64,000 nt of DNA from assembly GCA_038063415.1 (NCBI GenBank), contig JBBTVD010000003.1, forward strand, positions 8,489-72,488. Reading direction: 5' to 3'. Below the pieces are notes generated by a model, which ran no database searches, was not told the origin of the DNA, and worked only from the letters and a program-made list of their open reading frames with translations. The stretch is from Patescibacteria group bacterium (GTDB taxonomy: Bacteria; Patescibacteriota; Microgenomatia; Levybacterales; UBA12049). Each line of letters opens with the position of its first letter. Positions within the stretch are counted from its first letter, which is position 1. Positions 17,492-27,073 of this stretch are shown here, piece after piece. Both the position numbers and the translations under genes were made by a program.

Positions 17492-18381
17492 CACAAAAAA
17501 AAATAGACATAACTATTGCTATTCCTACTTGCTACGGCGGACAATCATTGGTTGATACCGTCGAAACCATTGTGCAAGCAGCCCAGGGTCTTTCTGTCGA
17601 GATTCTTATCCAGGCAGATAGAACGCCACTAACACCTGAAGTCAAAGCAAAGCTTAAAAAGCTCGGGGCACAAGTTGCCTGGAATGATGTTGAAGGAAGT
17701 CAATTTAAAAAGCTTAAACAGTTACTTGATAAAGCACAGGGAGAAATCTTTGTCTTTACGCAAGATGATATTACTTTTGCGCCTGCTGCAATTAAAGAAA
17801 TACAGGCTGCCTTTGCTCGAGATAAAAAGTTGACAATGACTGGCTCGCGAGTCTTACCACTTCCTCCAGTAACTACCTTTGAAAAGAGTATGGCGGTCAT
17901 GGTAAGAATTGTTGATCATACTGCTGGCTATTGGAGAAATGGCAATAATTATCTTGCAGCTAGTGGACGATGTTTGGCTTTTCGAACGGAAACATTTAGG
18001 AAATTCCGTATCCCAGAGATGGTAGTTAATGGAGATATGTTTCTCTATCTTGAGAATAAAAGTGTAGGGGGTAAGTTTAAACAACTTAAAAAATCTCATG
18101 TGTTTATCCGTTGCCCTCAGAAGTTAAGAGACCAGGTAGGACCAAGTAGTAGGTTTCAATTCTCAAAACAAGAACTAGTGAACTATTTTGACTTCCCTAT
18201 TGATAAAGAATACAAAGTTTCTCGAAGAGCAACGGCAAGGGCTATCTTTAAGGAACTTGTTGAATATCCAAGCGCTACTTTTGGTTATTTCTTTATCTAT
18301 GTCTATACCAGACTCAGAAGGCAATCCTATAAAAAAGTCTCCAACCCCGTATGGGATGTAGATGCTTCAACTAAATCCTAA
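17488..18381 (+). CDS. Glycosyltransferase (GT-A fold, GT2-like).
   Basis: The N-terminus ITIAIPTCYGGQSL is GT2-like. Its start overlaps the upstream stop (ATGA). Confidence 0.5.
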   Translation: MTQKKIDITIAIPTCYGGQSLVDTVETIVQAAQGLSVEILIQADRTPLTPEVKAKLKKLGAQVAWNDVEGSQFKKLKQLLDKAQGEIFVFTQDDITFAPAAIKEIQAAFARDKKLTMTGSRVLPLPPVTTFEKSMAVMVRIVDHTAGYWRNGNNYLAASGRCLAFRTETFRKFRIPEMVVNGDMFLYLENKSVGGKFKQLKKSHVFIRCPQKLRDQVGPSSRFQFSKQELVNYFDFPIDKEYKVSRRATARAIFKELVEYPSATFGYFFIYVYTRLRRQSYKKVSNPVWDVDASTKS

Positions 18382-18383
18382 CA

Positions 18384-19244
18384 TTAGGTAAAAAATAAGC
18401 TAATACCTATTACTCCAACAATCGTTAATAGTAAACCAATTAATTCTCTTTTTGTCGGTCTCTCTTTTAAGAAAAAAATGGCTAGTACAACTATGATCGC
18501 TGGATACGCTGCTGTTAGAGGTGAAGCTATTGAAGCATACGCATGAGCAAATGCGAGCCAGAGAAAAAGGACGGCAACAATATTTAATAATGAACCTAAA
18601 AGTGCAAATTTATATTTGGAATACTCATGTATGGTTCGAGTGAATTGACTTAGTGGTTCTCTTGTAACGAGTAGATACCCGACAGCTACAGGTATTTGAG
18701 CAAATGCTAACGCAAAAAGGAATGTTTCTGCTGAAGATTTATCAATTACTCCTTTTGAGAGGGTATCTGATAACCCTACCGCGATAGCAGCCGCAAGCGG
18801 CCAAAGAAGATGAGCCCTTTCCTTAAGTTCTTTGGCATGAATTTTGTGGGGTAAAGAAACAATTAAGATTCCAATAATAGTTATACTAATAAAAAACCAG
18901 TGAATAGGTAAAAGCATTTCTTTGTTGAGGAGAACAGAACAAATAATAGTCCACACGGGATAACTTGCAAAAATGGTTCCACTGATACTGATATGTCCCT
19001 TTGAGAGTGCATAAAAAACAAACGCTTCAGAAAGAAGCGCACTCAAAAGAGCAAATCCAACTACCATTGAAAAATCTTGAAAACGCACCCCTACAATGAG
19101 AGCAAACGGTATCCATAAAAGAAGACCAAAGCATGCATCAAAGAAAAAAACAATTGAGGGATTTAATTCTTTATAACTTCTTTTAATACTTATAAAAGCA
19201 AGAGCTTGTCCCAACGCAGCAAGTAAACCGAACACTATTCCCAT
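18384..19244 (-). CDS. EamA/DMT-family transporter.
   Basis: It has ten predicted TM helices and the two-repeat EamA architecture. Confidence 0.7.
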   Translation of the reverse strand: MGIVFGLLAALGQALAFISIKRSYKELNPSIVFFFDACFGLLLWIPFALIVGVRFQDFSMVVGFALLSALLSEAFVFYALSKGHISISGTIFASYPVWTIICSVLLNKEMLLPIHWFFISITIIGILIVSLPHKIHAKELKERAHLLWPLAAAIAVGLSDTLSKGVIDKSSAETFLFALAFAQIPVAVGYLLVTREPLSQFTRTIHEYSKYKFALLGSLLNIVAVLFLWLAFAHAYASIASPLTAAYPAIIVVLAIFFLKERPTKRELIGLLLTIVGVIGISLFFT

Positions 19245-19263
19245 GGATATAGTATACCATGAG

Positions 19264-20292
19264 CTAGCTTCTGGAATACTTCTTCACCTGTTCAAGGGGC
19301 CAGGTGATGCCAGCAGCATAACAAACCAACCAAAAGTCCGATCCCCACAAATTTACTTCTTGAATCCGCGAAGGAATGACATATCTCTCCCACGTAGACG
19401 GAAAAGATTCTCGGCGATACGTAAGAACACCTTCCTGCGGCTGAGGTGCTTGCTTAAGATAATATTCCCACGCTCTGCCTCCTCCCCAAGGTTGTGCTTC
19501 AAGTTCCGTAAAGAGCATTTGATCCCGTGGAAGGAGCTGCGTGAGCGAACTAACAGCTTTTGCATAAGGAGAGAGCTTCTGTAGCCATTTATTTTTCCAT
19601 GTTTCCTGGGAAGGATAGACATCAAATCCCAAGCGAACCTGTTTGCCTAAGTCACCAATAAAGTCCTTAAAAACGCTCTGCACCCGCCAGGTAAGCGAGG
19701 CGTCGATATTTGTATTAAACAAAATCGGCTTTTCAGTTAATTTTTTACAAATACTTACCGCTTTTTGCATAAATGCTCGAGAAATAACTGTCTGGATATC
19801 TTTTCTTCCTTCAAGTCCTTGTCTATCTGGCCATTCATTGCCGAGATAAAAGCCTCTGATGCGTGGATCATTACCAAATTTTTGCAGTTGTGCCTTGAGA
19901 AAAATGTGCCCAAAATTATTTAAGAAAGTATCTTCATCCAAAGCTGCTTCTGATTGCTTTACTCGTTGTGTGTAGGTATACGGTAGACGAATACCTGGAT
20001 AATGTGGATACTGAAATGGTCCAAGGCAAAAGTCTACTTGTAACCCTATCTGCTGACACAGCTCAAGAATATATTCTACCGAAGAGAAATCAAAACTTTC
20101 CCCGTCGGTTATCTCATAAGGAAAGATGACTAGTCGAATACCAGAGATGCCATAGTGCCTAAGCGTTTCAAGAGAATCTCGTATTAGCCCTTTCTTTTTT
20201 TGCCAATCACTGGTAGGTAAATCACCATGTGTTGCTCGATAGGCTAGCTCCCAACAGACTTTCTGCGGGCAAAAGGTTGTCCAAAGTTGCAT
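19264..20292 (-). CDS. Glycoside hydrolase, clan GH-A TIM barrel (GH5/GH113-like).
   Basis: The FYLGNEWP motif is the acid/base NE(P/W) strand of clan GH-A. The length and hydropathy pattern fit a TIM barrel. Confidence 0.5.
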   Translation of the reverse strand: MQLWTTFCPQKVCWELAYRATHGDLPTSDWQKKKGLIRDSLETLRHYGISGIRLVIFPYEITDGESFDFSSVEYILELCQQIGLQVDFCLGPFQYPHYPGIRLPYTYTQRVKQSEAALDEDTFLNNFGHIFLKAQLQKFGNDPRIRGFYLGNEWPDRQGLEGRKDIQTVISRAFMQKAVSICKKLTEKPILFNTNIDASLTWRVQSVFKDFIGDLGKQVRLGFDVYPSQETWKNKWLQKLSPYAKAVSSLTQLLPRDQMLFTELEAQPWGGGRAWEYYLKQAPQPQEGVLTYRRESFPSTWERYVIPSRIQEVNLWGSDFWLVCYAAGITWPLEQVKKYSRS

Positions 20293-20323
20293 ACTGAGGC
20301 TGATTATAGCACAGCTATGGGGA

Positions 20324-20896
20324 TTACCTAAGATTTGTTGCTATTTTACCAGGTTTAGACAGCTTTACAGGGAATCGTTCAGAAGCTGCTTGCGGAAGGA
20401 CGACAGAAACACCTGCCCTGGGAAACATGCTTCTTAGACGATGCTGTAAAGCAGCAGCGCTCTCTCCACTTGCCAGAGTTGCAACCATACCTCCTGCATT
20501 TAAACCTTCGTATAATCCTTTAATTGTAGATTCTGATAATCCTTGTTGATCCGTACATGTTACCAAATCAACATTTCCTACAAAAGTAGTACCAGAGTCA
20601 TGAACTGTATGTTTTAGACTATCTCCAAATGGTGAAAGTTCTCCTAAGGGATCTCTTATAGGTTCACCTCCTATTTGTGCCCAGCTAAAACCTTTAGCGG
20701 GATCCTCCATTATCGAATCCTTAATACGCCTACCAACCCCTAAATTAAACATTAATTCCAATTGGAGCAGACTTAAACCTTCCGAATCATGAGATTCAAC
20801 CCTTGTAGGAAGTGAAGGTTCAGTGAGCACAGCTTGCCCAACAACTATTCCTGGTTCACTAAATCGGCCAATTGAAGATCTATCAAACTCTCCCAT
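20324..20896 (-). CDS. Hypothetical protein of unknown family.
   Basis: It is a 190-aa ORF with somewhat higher GC than its neighbours. No motif was recognised. Confidence 0.35.
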   Translation of the reverse strand: MGEFDRSSIGRFSEPGIVVGQAVLTEPSLPTRVESHDSEGLSLLQLELMFNLGVGRRIKDSIMEDPAKGFSWAQIGGEPIRDPLGELSPFGDSLKHTVHDSGTTFVGNVDLVTCTDQQGLSESTIKGLYEGLNAGGMVATLASGESAAALQHRLRSMFPRAGVSVVLPQAASERFPVKLSKPGKIATNLR

Positions 20897-21029
20897 ATAA
20901 ATACATACTCTTCTTCATTGAAGAAAGATAATTATATATGAATGATACTTGTTGTTCTTGACCGACGACAGACATTTACCTGACAAAAAGATGAACTAAT
21001 AATTAAATGGGGGAATGTAGACTAGTAAG

Positions 21030-23414
21030 TTAGTTAGCAGATATTACCGCTGGTATTGCTGATGAAGATTTTGAATGATTCTTCTTGGTCTCTGACTTTG
21101 TTTTAAGGTTAGGTAATGGCTTGGTAAGAGCGATCTCCAGCACTTCGTCCATATGTTCGACAAACTTGAATTTCAAATCTTTAAGTACTTCCTTTGGCAC
21201 ATCTTCCAAATCTTTCTCATTATCCTTTGGCAAGATAATGGTCGTGAGTCCTGCACGATGCGCACCGATAACTTTTTCTTTGACTCCACCAATTTCCAGA
21301 ATTCGGCCACGGAGTGTTACTTCACCAGTCATACCAGTCTTTCGGTCAACGGGGATCTTGGTAAGAGCTGACACAATAGCTGTCGTAATAGCACCGCCAG
21401 CAGATGGACCATCTTTTGGTACAGCCCCCTCTGGGACGTGTACATGGACATCCAGATGCTGATAGAATTTATCTGCAAGACCAAGCTGTTTGAAGCGGGT
21501 CCTGATATATGACATAGCAGCTTGCCCTGATTCTTTCATGACGTCTCCCAACTGACCTGTAAGAATAAGCTGTCCTTTACCTGGCATTGGTGCAACTTCA
21601 ATGGTAAGGATTCCTCCACCAGCTTCAGAATAGAATAATCCTGTTGCCATACCTACTTCGTCCTTTTTTTCAATCATGGTTGCCTGGAATTTAATAGGAC
21701 CCAAATAGGTTGTTACGTCTTTTGCCTCAACAGTCACTTTGTTTTTTTCGCCCTCAGCAACTTTTTTGGCTACTTTACGAAGGATTGTGGCAATCTTTCG
21801 CTCCAGATTTCTGACACCAGCTTCACGGGTATAATGATGAATCATAAAGCGTAAAGCATCATCTGTCAGCTCAACATTTTCACCAGTGAGACCATGATTC
21901 TCCAGCTGCTTGCTAATTAAGAAATCATGAGCAATTTTGAATTTTTCATCATGGGTATAGCCGCTAAACTGAATGATTTCCAGACGATCTCGTAGTGCTG
22001 GTGGAATCGTATCTAACACATTTGCTGTTGTGACAAACATGACGTTTGAAAGATCAAAAGGAACTTCCAGATAGTGGTCTGAAAACTGCCCATTTTGTTC
22101 AGGATCGAGCGCTTCAAGAAGGGCTGATGAAGGATCCCCACGGAAGTCTGAGCCTACTTTATCAATTTCATCAAGCATAAAGATAGGATTCTTTGTCCCC
22201 GCATCCTTGATCCCTTGTAAGATTCTCCCTGGAAGCGCGCCAACGTATGTTCGACGATGCCCACGAATTTCAGCTTCATCCCGGATTCCCCCCAGCGATA
22301 CGCGAACGAATTTGCGGCCAAGAGCACGAGCAATGGATTTACCAATAGAGGTCTTCCCAACTCCGGGTGGTCCGACAAAACAGAGAATTGGACCTTTCAT
22401 CTTACCTGATAGCTGATGCACTGCTAAGTATTCAAGAATGCGCTCTTTCACTTTTTTGATACCGTAGTGATCTTTATCCAATGTGCCTTCAGCTTCTTTG
22501 ATACTTGTTTCATCTTTGCTTTCGTTATTCCAAGGAAGACTTACCATCAACTCAAGATAGTTACGGATATAACCAGCCTCTGGATTAAACTGATTCATGT
22601 TCTGTAATTTGTGCAGCTCTTTCTTGGCCTTCTCTTCTACCTCTTCAGGCATCTTTGCATCTTTTATTTTTTGCATCAGGACTTTTGTCTCTGAAGTATC
22701 TTCTGCTTCACCTAGCTCTTGCTCGATCGTTTTCAGACGCTCACGAAGCATAGCTTCTCGTGCACCCTTTTCAAATCTTTCCTGGGTCTTTGAAGCAATT
22801 CTGCGTTCAAGTTCAAGAATTTTGACTTCTTTAGCGAGCAGATCTGTCAGCTTTTGCAGACGAGCTTTAACATCACTCATCTCAAGAATTTCCTGTCTTT
22901 CTTGAGGTTTTAGTTCAAGAGCAGAAGCAATCAAGTCTGATAATTCGGCTGGAGAGTTCTCAGACATGATATTCATAAAGAGCAGAAAATCAGCAGATTT
23001 ACCAAAATTCATTGCCTTACGAAATGCGTTTGTCAGATGGTTACAGAGTGCTTTAATTTCTTCAGTTACTTCAATAACATCTGGGATTTCAATAACCCTT
23101 GCCATAAAGTAGGAGTCAAACTTTTCATACGATAATACTTTTACACGAGAGAGGCCGCGAACCTGCGCGTTAATTTCGCCATCGGTACGGATCATACGTT
23201 CAATACGAGAAAGTGTTCCGACACTATGTAAATCTTCAGGGGTAGGATCATTGAGTCGTGCATTCTTTTGGAGCACAAAGCAGACAATTTTTTCATGCTG
23301 GAAAGCAGATTCAAGTGCGGTCAAGCTTTTGGGACGACCAAAGGTTAATACAGAATCAGTATTTGGGAATATGATTCCGTCGCGAATTGGGATGATTGGT
23401 ACAATCTTTTCCAT
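21030..23414 (-). CDS. lon: ATP-dependent protease Lon (La).
   Basis: It has Walker A GPPGVGKTS, the sensor motif and the protease Ser/Lys motif DGPSAGGAITTAIVS. The 794-aa length fits. Confidence 0.95.
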   Translation of the reverse strand: MEKIVPIIPIRDGIIFPNTDSVLTFGRPKSLTALESAFQHEKIVCFVLQKNARLNDPTPEDLHSVGTLSRIERMIRTDGEINAQVRGLSRVKVLSYEKFDSYFMARVIEIPDVIEVTEEIKALCNHLTNAFRKAMNFGKSADFLLFMNIMSENSPAELSDLIASALELKPQERQEILEMSDVKARLQKLTDLLAKEVKILELERRIASKTQERFEKGAREAMLRERLKTIEQELGEAEDTSETKVLMQKIKDAKMPEEVEEKAKKELHKLQNMNQFNPEAGYIRNYLELMVSLPWNNESKDETSIKEAEGTLDKDHYGIKKVKERILEYLAVHQLSGKMKGPILCFVGPPGVGKTSIGKSIARALGRKFVRVSLGGIRDEAEIRGHRRTYVGALPGRILQGIKDAGTKNPIFMLDEIDKVGSDFRGDPSSALLEALDPEQNGQFSDHYLEVPFDLSNVMFVTTANVLDTIPPALRDRLEIIQFSGYTHDEKFKIAHDFLISKQLENHGLTGENVELTDDALRFMIHHYTREAGVRNLERKIATILRKVAKKVAEGEKNKVTVEAKDVTTYLGPIKFQATMIEKKDEVGMATGLFYSEAGGGILTIEVAPMPGKGQLILTGQLGDVMKESGQAAMSYIRTRFKQLGLADKFYQHLDVHVHVPEGAVPKDGPSAGGAITTAIVSALTKIPVDRKTGMTGEVTLRGRILEIGGVKEKVIGAHRAGLTTIILPKDNEKDLEDVPKEVLKDLKFKFVEHMDEVLEIALTKPLPNLKTKSETKKNHSKSSSAIPAVISAN

Positions 23415-23472
23415 AATTAGTATTTAGCACTCTATCATAACATCTGCCAAGTGTCAATGGCTTATAGGATTT

Positions 23473-24096
23473 TTACTTGCTTAGCTCTGCATAGATGACA
23501 TATCGATGAGAATAATTTTTTGAAGAGGAACTCCAATCACCATGACACGTGATCAAATTAAGCATTGTTTTATCGGTTTTACCGAAAACTTCACCTATTG
23601 GGAAAGAATTATAAGGATATTTCACCATACGAATGACAAAAAAAGTCAATTCTTTGCCTTGATCATCCGTAATAATAATCTCATCTCCTTTTCTGAGGCT
23701 TGTCAGATCGTAAAAGATAGCAGGGGCCCCTGATTCTTTGTCGAAATGACCTGCAAAGACTGCATTGCCTATTTGACCTGGACGAGGCCCCAGTTTGTAC
23801 CACGCTGCGTTATCCGCATCTTTTGGTACATCCATAGCTTTTTTACTATCAAGACCCACCTGTTCAATCTGACCGGTTACATTAATTTGCGGTATACGAA
23901 TACTTGTCGGAATACCAACTTCAGGAAGTGGTTGTGTAACAGCCGTTTGGGTTGTTGGTACAATTTCTTTCTGAGACTGAGCAACAAGGACTTGTTGCTT
24001 TTGCTCCTCTGAAAATGTACCTGCAACGTTTACTCCGACAAGTACCCCAACTACTGAAATAATAGCGATAAGAAGAACAAAAGATAATTTTTTCAT
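23473..24096 (-). CDS. Sortase-family transpeptidase (class E/F-like).
   Basis: It has a TM anchor, the His motif FAGHFD, the catalytic Cys in LITCHGDW and the conserved Arg in HRYVIYAE. Confidence 0.8.
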   Translation of the reverse strand: MKKLSFVLLIAIISVVGVLVGVNVAGTFSEEQKQQVLVAQSQKEIVPTTQTAVTQPLPEVGIPTSIRIPQINVTGQIEQVGLDSKKAMDVPKDADNAAWYKLGPRPGQIGNAVFAGHFDKESGAPAIFYDLTSLRKGDEIIITDDQGKELTFFVIRMVKYPYNSFPIGEVFGKTDKTMLNLITCHGDWSSSSKNYSHRYVIYAELSK

Positions 24097-24108
24097 ATCT
24101 TATATAAA

Positions 24109-24143
24109 GCAAGATGCATTAACGAAAAGTTAACGCATCTTGC
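24109..24143 (-). terminator. Rho-independent terminator for the small secreted-peptide gene.
   Basis: The hairpin GCAAGATGCATTAAC-GAAAA-GTTAACGCATCTTGC has a 15-bp stem with one mismatch. On the minus-strand transcript it is followed by UUUAUAUAAGAU. Confidence 0.6.
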
Positions 24144-24162
24144 CACACAAACAAAAGTTTGA

Positions 24163-24345
24163 TTAGTTTCCTGCACGTCCAGTTGATGGTGCACTTTCTG
24201 GCATCGCATCATCTGTCATCGCAGAAGTTACTGTTGTTGTGGTTGTAGGCGTAGTTGTCTGAGCAAATGCTACTGAGCTTGCAGTAACTGCTGCTACAGC
24301 AAAAACACCTGCTGAAATTGCTAATTTTTTGATCATTCGTTTCAC
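24163..24345 (-). CDS. Small secreted Thr-rich peptide (60 aa; signal peptide plus a mature region of about 33 aa).
   Basis: It has a strong SD (GGAGGTG, 6 nt before the ATG) and the signal peptide MKRMIKKLAISAGVFAVAAVTASSVAFA. The mature region is QTTTPTTTTTVTSAMTDDAMPESAPSTGRAGN. It is followed by a strong terminator. Confidence 0.5.
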   Translation of the reverse strand: MKRMIKKLAISAGVFAVAAVTASSVAFAQTTTPTTTTTVTSAMTDDAMPESAPSTGRAGN

Positions 24346-24470
24346 CTCCTTCCTTGAGTTTTCGGACTCACATCCCTTTGCTGACTTCTTGCTGACAAGA
24401 AGTAAACCATAAGGTACTTTTTAGTGTAACATCAAAAATTAAAAAGAAGTGTAAGAAAATTATAAGAAAA

Positions 24471-25130
24471 TTATTCCTTAATCATATAGCCTATTCCACG
24501 GATAGAATAGAGCAATTTCTTCTGCGAAGCTTTATCAATCTTTTTACGAAGATATCCTATATAAACATCGACAACCCGTGTCTCAATATCTGAAGAATAG
24601 AGCCATATTTTCTTTAACAAGATCTTGCGGGTTACCACTTTTCCCTGTTGCTTCATAAGATAATGTAATAGTTTGAACTCTTGAGGCGTGAGTATAATAA
24701 CATCTTCTCCTCTCTTTACTTCAAGCGCATTGCTATCAAGCTCCAGATCTGCGACTTTAAGACGCGTCTGTGTTTGCTTTTTTTGCGTCATCGCATTGTT
24801 TACCGCTGTTAAAAGATCAGCAGGAGTTATGGGTTTTTGTAAAATAATGGTATCTACAAGAGAAATTCTCGTTTTCACTTTTTCTTCTTTAAGAAAAAGT
24901 ATCTGAATATCAGGAAGTGTCTTTTTGACATCTCTGATGATTGCACAGGCACTTAATTCACCAATAGCACCATCGAGAATAAGGATATCAGGTGAATATC
25001 TTTTTATTGATCGTTGTTCTGCTGTTTTAGTAGCAACGGTATAGACTTGATAGCCTTGCTCGAGTAAGACTGTTTTTAATGACGTGCGAAATTGTTTTTG
25101 GGGAGAGATCAATAATAATGTATTACTCAT
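24471..25130 (-). CDS. OmpR/PhoB-family DNA-binding response regulator.
   Basis: It has a receiver domain with a DILILD acceptor region and a C-terminal winged helix (VVDVYIGYLRKKID...IRGIGYMI). Confidence 0.8.
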   Translation of the reverse strand: MSNTLLLISPQKQFRTSLKTVLLEQGYQVYTVATKTAEQRSIKRYSPDILILDGAIGELSACAIIRDVKKTLPDIQILFLKEEKVKTRISLVDTIILQKPITPADLLTAVNNAMTQKKQTQTRLKVADLELDSNALEVKRGEDVIILTPQEFKLLHYLMKQQGKVVTRKILLKKIWLYSSDIETRVVDVYIGYLRKKIDKASQKKLLYSIRGIGYMIKE

Positions 25131-25223
25131 AACCGCCCACCATTATAACAACACCTTCCTGATCGAGCAAGGGCAAGACAGCTATAAATACTTTTTCGTT
25201 TGGGATATAATAGAAATAATATT

Positions 25224-26657
25224 ATGATTCGATATAAACTGCTCATCGGATTTGCTCTGATATTAGTTTTAGGACTTTTTATTCAGGCAGTAACTAGTAG
25301 TATTCCGCCTCTTATTTTTGTGAGTACGTCGATCATCACCCTGATTCTTTTTTTTATGGCGGGTATCTATCTCACACGTCCGCTAAGAAAACTGCAGGAA
25401 GCAATGCAATCGATGCAACCTAACAAACCAAGCAAAGACGAGATAGCAATGGCGATACAACAACTTTCTTTTTTTGCCACAGAAATAAAAGATCGGGATA
25501 TCGAAATCGACAATCGACGTAAACAAGGTATGCTCATCCTTGATTCACTTATTGAACCTGTTGTTGCTTGTGATAAAGGAAATAACACTATCGTTTTTAA
25601 TAAAGCTACAGAGACTATTACCGGTATGAACAAAGCAACGGCACTCGGAAAACCCATTGATGACATTCTTCACTTATATGAGGATGAAAAGCGTATCCCT
25701 TTCGCTGAATATTCAGACCAATCACTGAGTATGATTGAAAAATTACGAACTAACGGTCTCAATATGAGTAATGCACAAGGAGATAAGGTAACCGTCACAA
25801 TGAGGGTAATACCGATACGCAGCAATGAACAGTTGATCCATGTACTTACCTTTCATGATACGAGCGAAGCATTGGCGTTAGAAGAGATGAAGCTTGATTT
25901 TGTCTCTATGGCTGCCCACGAACTTCGTACACCACTTACCGCAATCCGAGGATATGCTTCGCTTCTTGAATTGCAACACGCTGGTGAACTTAATGACAAT
26001 GGCAAAGAATTGGTCAAACGTCTTCTCATAAGCGGAGAAACCTTAGGAAACTTGATTGATAATTTACTGACGGTATCTCGTATTGAAAAGAATATGTTCT
26101 CAATTGCAACAAAACCAACAGACCCTTTACCACTACTAATGGGTGTTATTGATACGTTTCGAAAGACAACAAAAGCGAAGAGACAAAAGCTACTTATCGA
26201 TGTACCAAACGAACTTCCAATCATATTTGCTGACTCCTTTTGTTTGAGCCAAGTGCTTTTTAACCTTATTATGAATGCCACCACGTATGCTCCTGATGGA
26301 ACGACAATTATGGTTAAAGCAGAAAAAAGAGATGCTTTTCTTCAAGTAACTGTTTCTGACACTGGTCCAGGAATACCAAAGGAAGCCATTCCTAAGTTGT
26401 TTACCAAATTTTTCCGAGTACCAGGAAGCCTGGAAGAGTCAATAAAAGGTACGGGACTTGGTCTTTTTATTAGTAAAACAATTATTGAGCTACATAATGG
26501 AAAAATCTGGGTAGAAAGTGAACCTGAGAAGGGTAGCATCTTCACTTTCCTTATCCCCATAGCAACACCACAACTTATTGCTCGTTATCAACAACAACAG
26601 GAGAATGCTAGCTTGACAGTAAAAAATGGACGGGGTATTATAATAAAAAATGTATGA
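25224..26657 (+). CDS. Sensor histidine kinase (TM sensor, PAS-like, HisKA, HATPase_c).
   Basis: It has the H-box MAAHELRTPLTAIRGY, the N-box LIMNATTYAP and the G-boxes DTGPGIP and GTGLGL. The ATG at 25224 is preferred, with a TATAAT 12 nt upstream. Confidence 0.85.
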   Translation: MIRYKLLIGFALILVLGLFIQAVTSSIPPLIFVSTSIITLILFFMAGIYLTRPLRKLQEAMQSMQPNKPSKDEIAMAIQQLSFFATEIKDRDIEIDNRRKQGMLILDSLIEPVVACDKGNNTIVFNKATETITGMNKATALGKPIDDILHLYEDEKRIPFAEYSDQSLSMIEKLRTNGLNMSNAQGDKVTVTMRVIPIRSNEQLIHVLTFHDTSEALALEEMKLDFVSMAAHELRTPLTAIRGYASLLELQHAGELNDNGKELVKRLLISGETLGNLIDNLLTVSRIEKNMFSIATKPTDPLPLLMGVIDTFRKTTKAKRQKLLIDVPNELPIIFADSFCLSQVLFNLIMNATTYAPDGTTIMVKAEKRDAFLQVTVSDTGPGIPKEAIPKLFTKFFRVPGSLEESIKGTGLGLFISKTIIELHNGKIWVESEPEKGSIFTFLIPIATPQLIARYQQQQENASLTVKNGRGIIIKNV

Positions 26658-27073
26658 AAAAAATACTCATTGCTGAAGATGATTTTTTTATTCGAGATAT
26701 CTACAGCAAGATCTTCACTCTTTCTGAGTATGATGTAATAACCGCTGTAGACGGGGCAGATGCTCTCGAAAAATTACAAAACCAAGCCTTTGATATTGTT
26801 CTCCTTGATATCATGATGCCCAAGATGACAGGGCTTGATGTACTCAAAGCACTTCGACAACAACTACCCCCACCAGCTAAAGATACGCCAGTTTTTCTTA
26901 TTACCAACCTTGGACAAGATGAAGTTATTGAAGAAGCTTTTAAAATGGGAATGGATGGATATATCATCAAATCACAAGTAAACCCACAACAAGTAGTTGA
27001 TGAAATCAATACTTTCTTTAAAAGTAAGGCCTCGCCTCCAGCTTCAGTTACTGCTTTGGAGTACTTGGATTAA
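26654..27073 (+). CDS. Stand-alone receiver-domain response regulator (CheY-like).
   Basis: It has KILIAEDD and DIVLLDIMMPKMTGLDVLKAL, and no output domain. Its start overlaps the HK stop (ATGA). Confidence 0.8.
   Translation: MKKILIAEDDFFIRDIYSKIFTLSEYDVITAVDGADALEKLQNQAFDIVLLDIMMPKMTGLDVLKALRQQLPPPAKDTPVFLITNLGQDEVIEEAFKMGMDGYIIKSQVNPQQVVDEINTFFKSKASPPASVTALEYLD

Noticed and set aside
20324-20896. Calling the 190-aa GC-richer ORF a horizontally transferred amidinotransferase/arginine-deiminase-like fragment.
   Set aside because: The GC shift is modest and I cannot anchor any catalytic motif. It is kept as a hypothetical protein only.
24300-24345. Treating the 60-aa Thr-rich peptide as a canonical sortase substrate.
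   Set aside because: There is no LPXTG motif followed by a hydrophobic segment and a positive tail. The PSTG-like C-terminus alone is insufficient, so it is reported as an open question.
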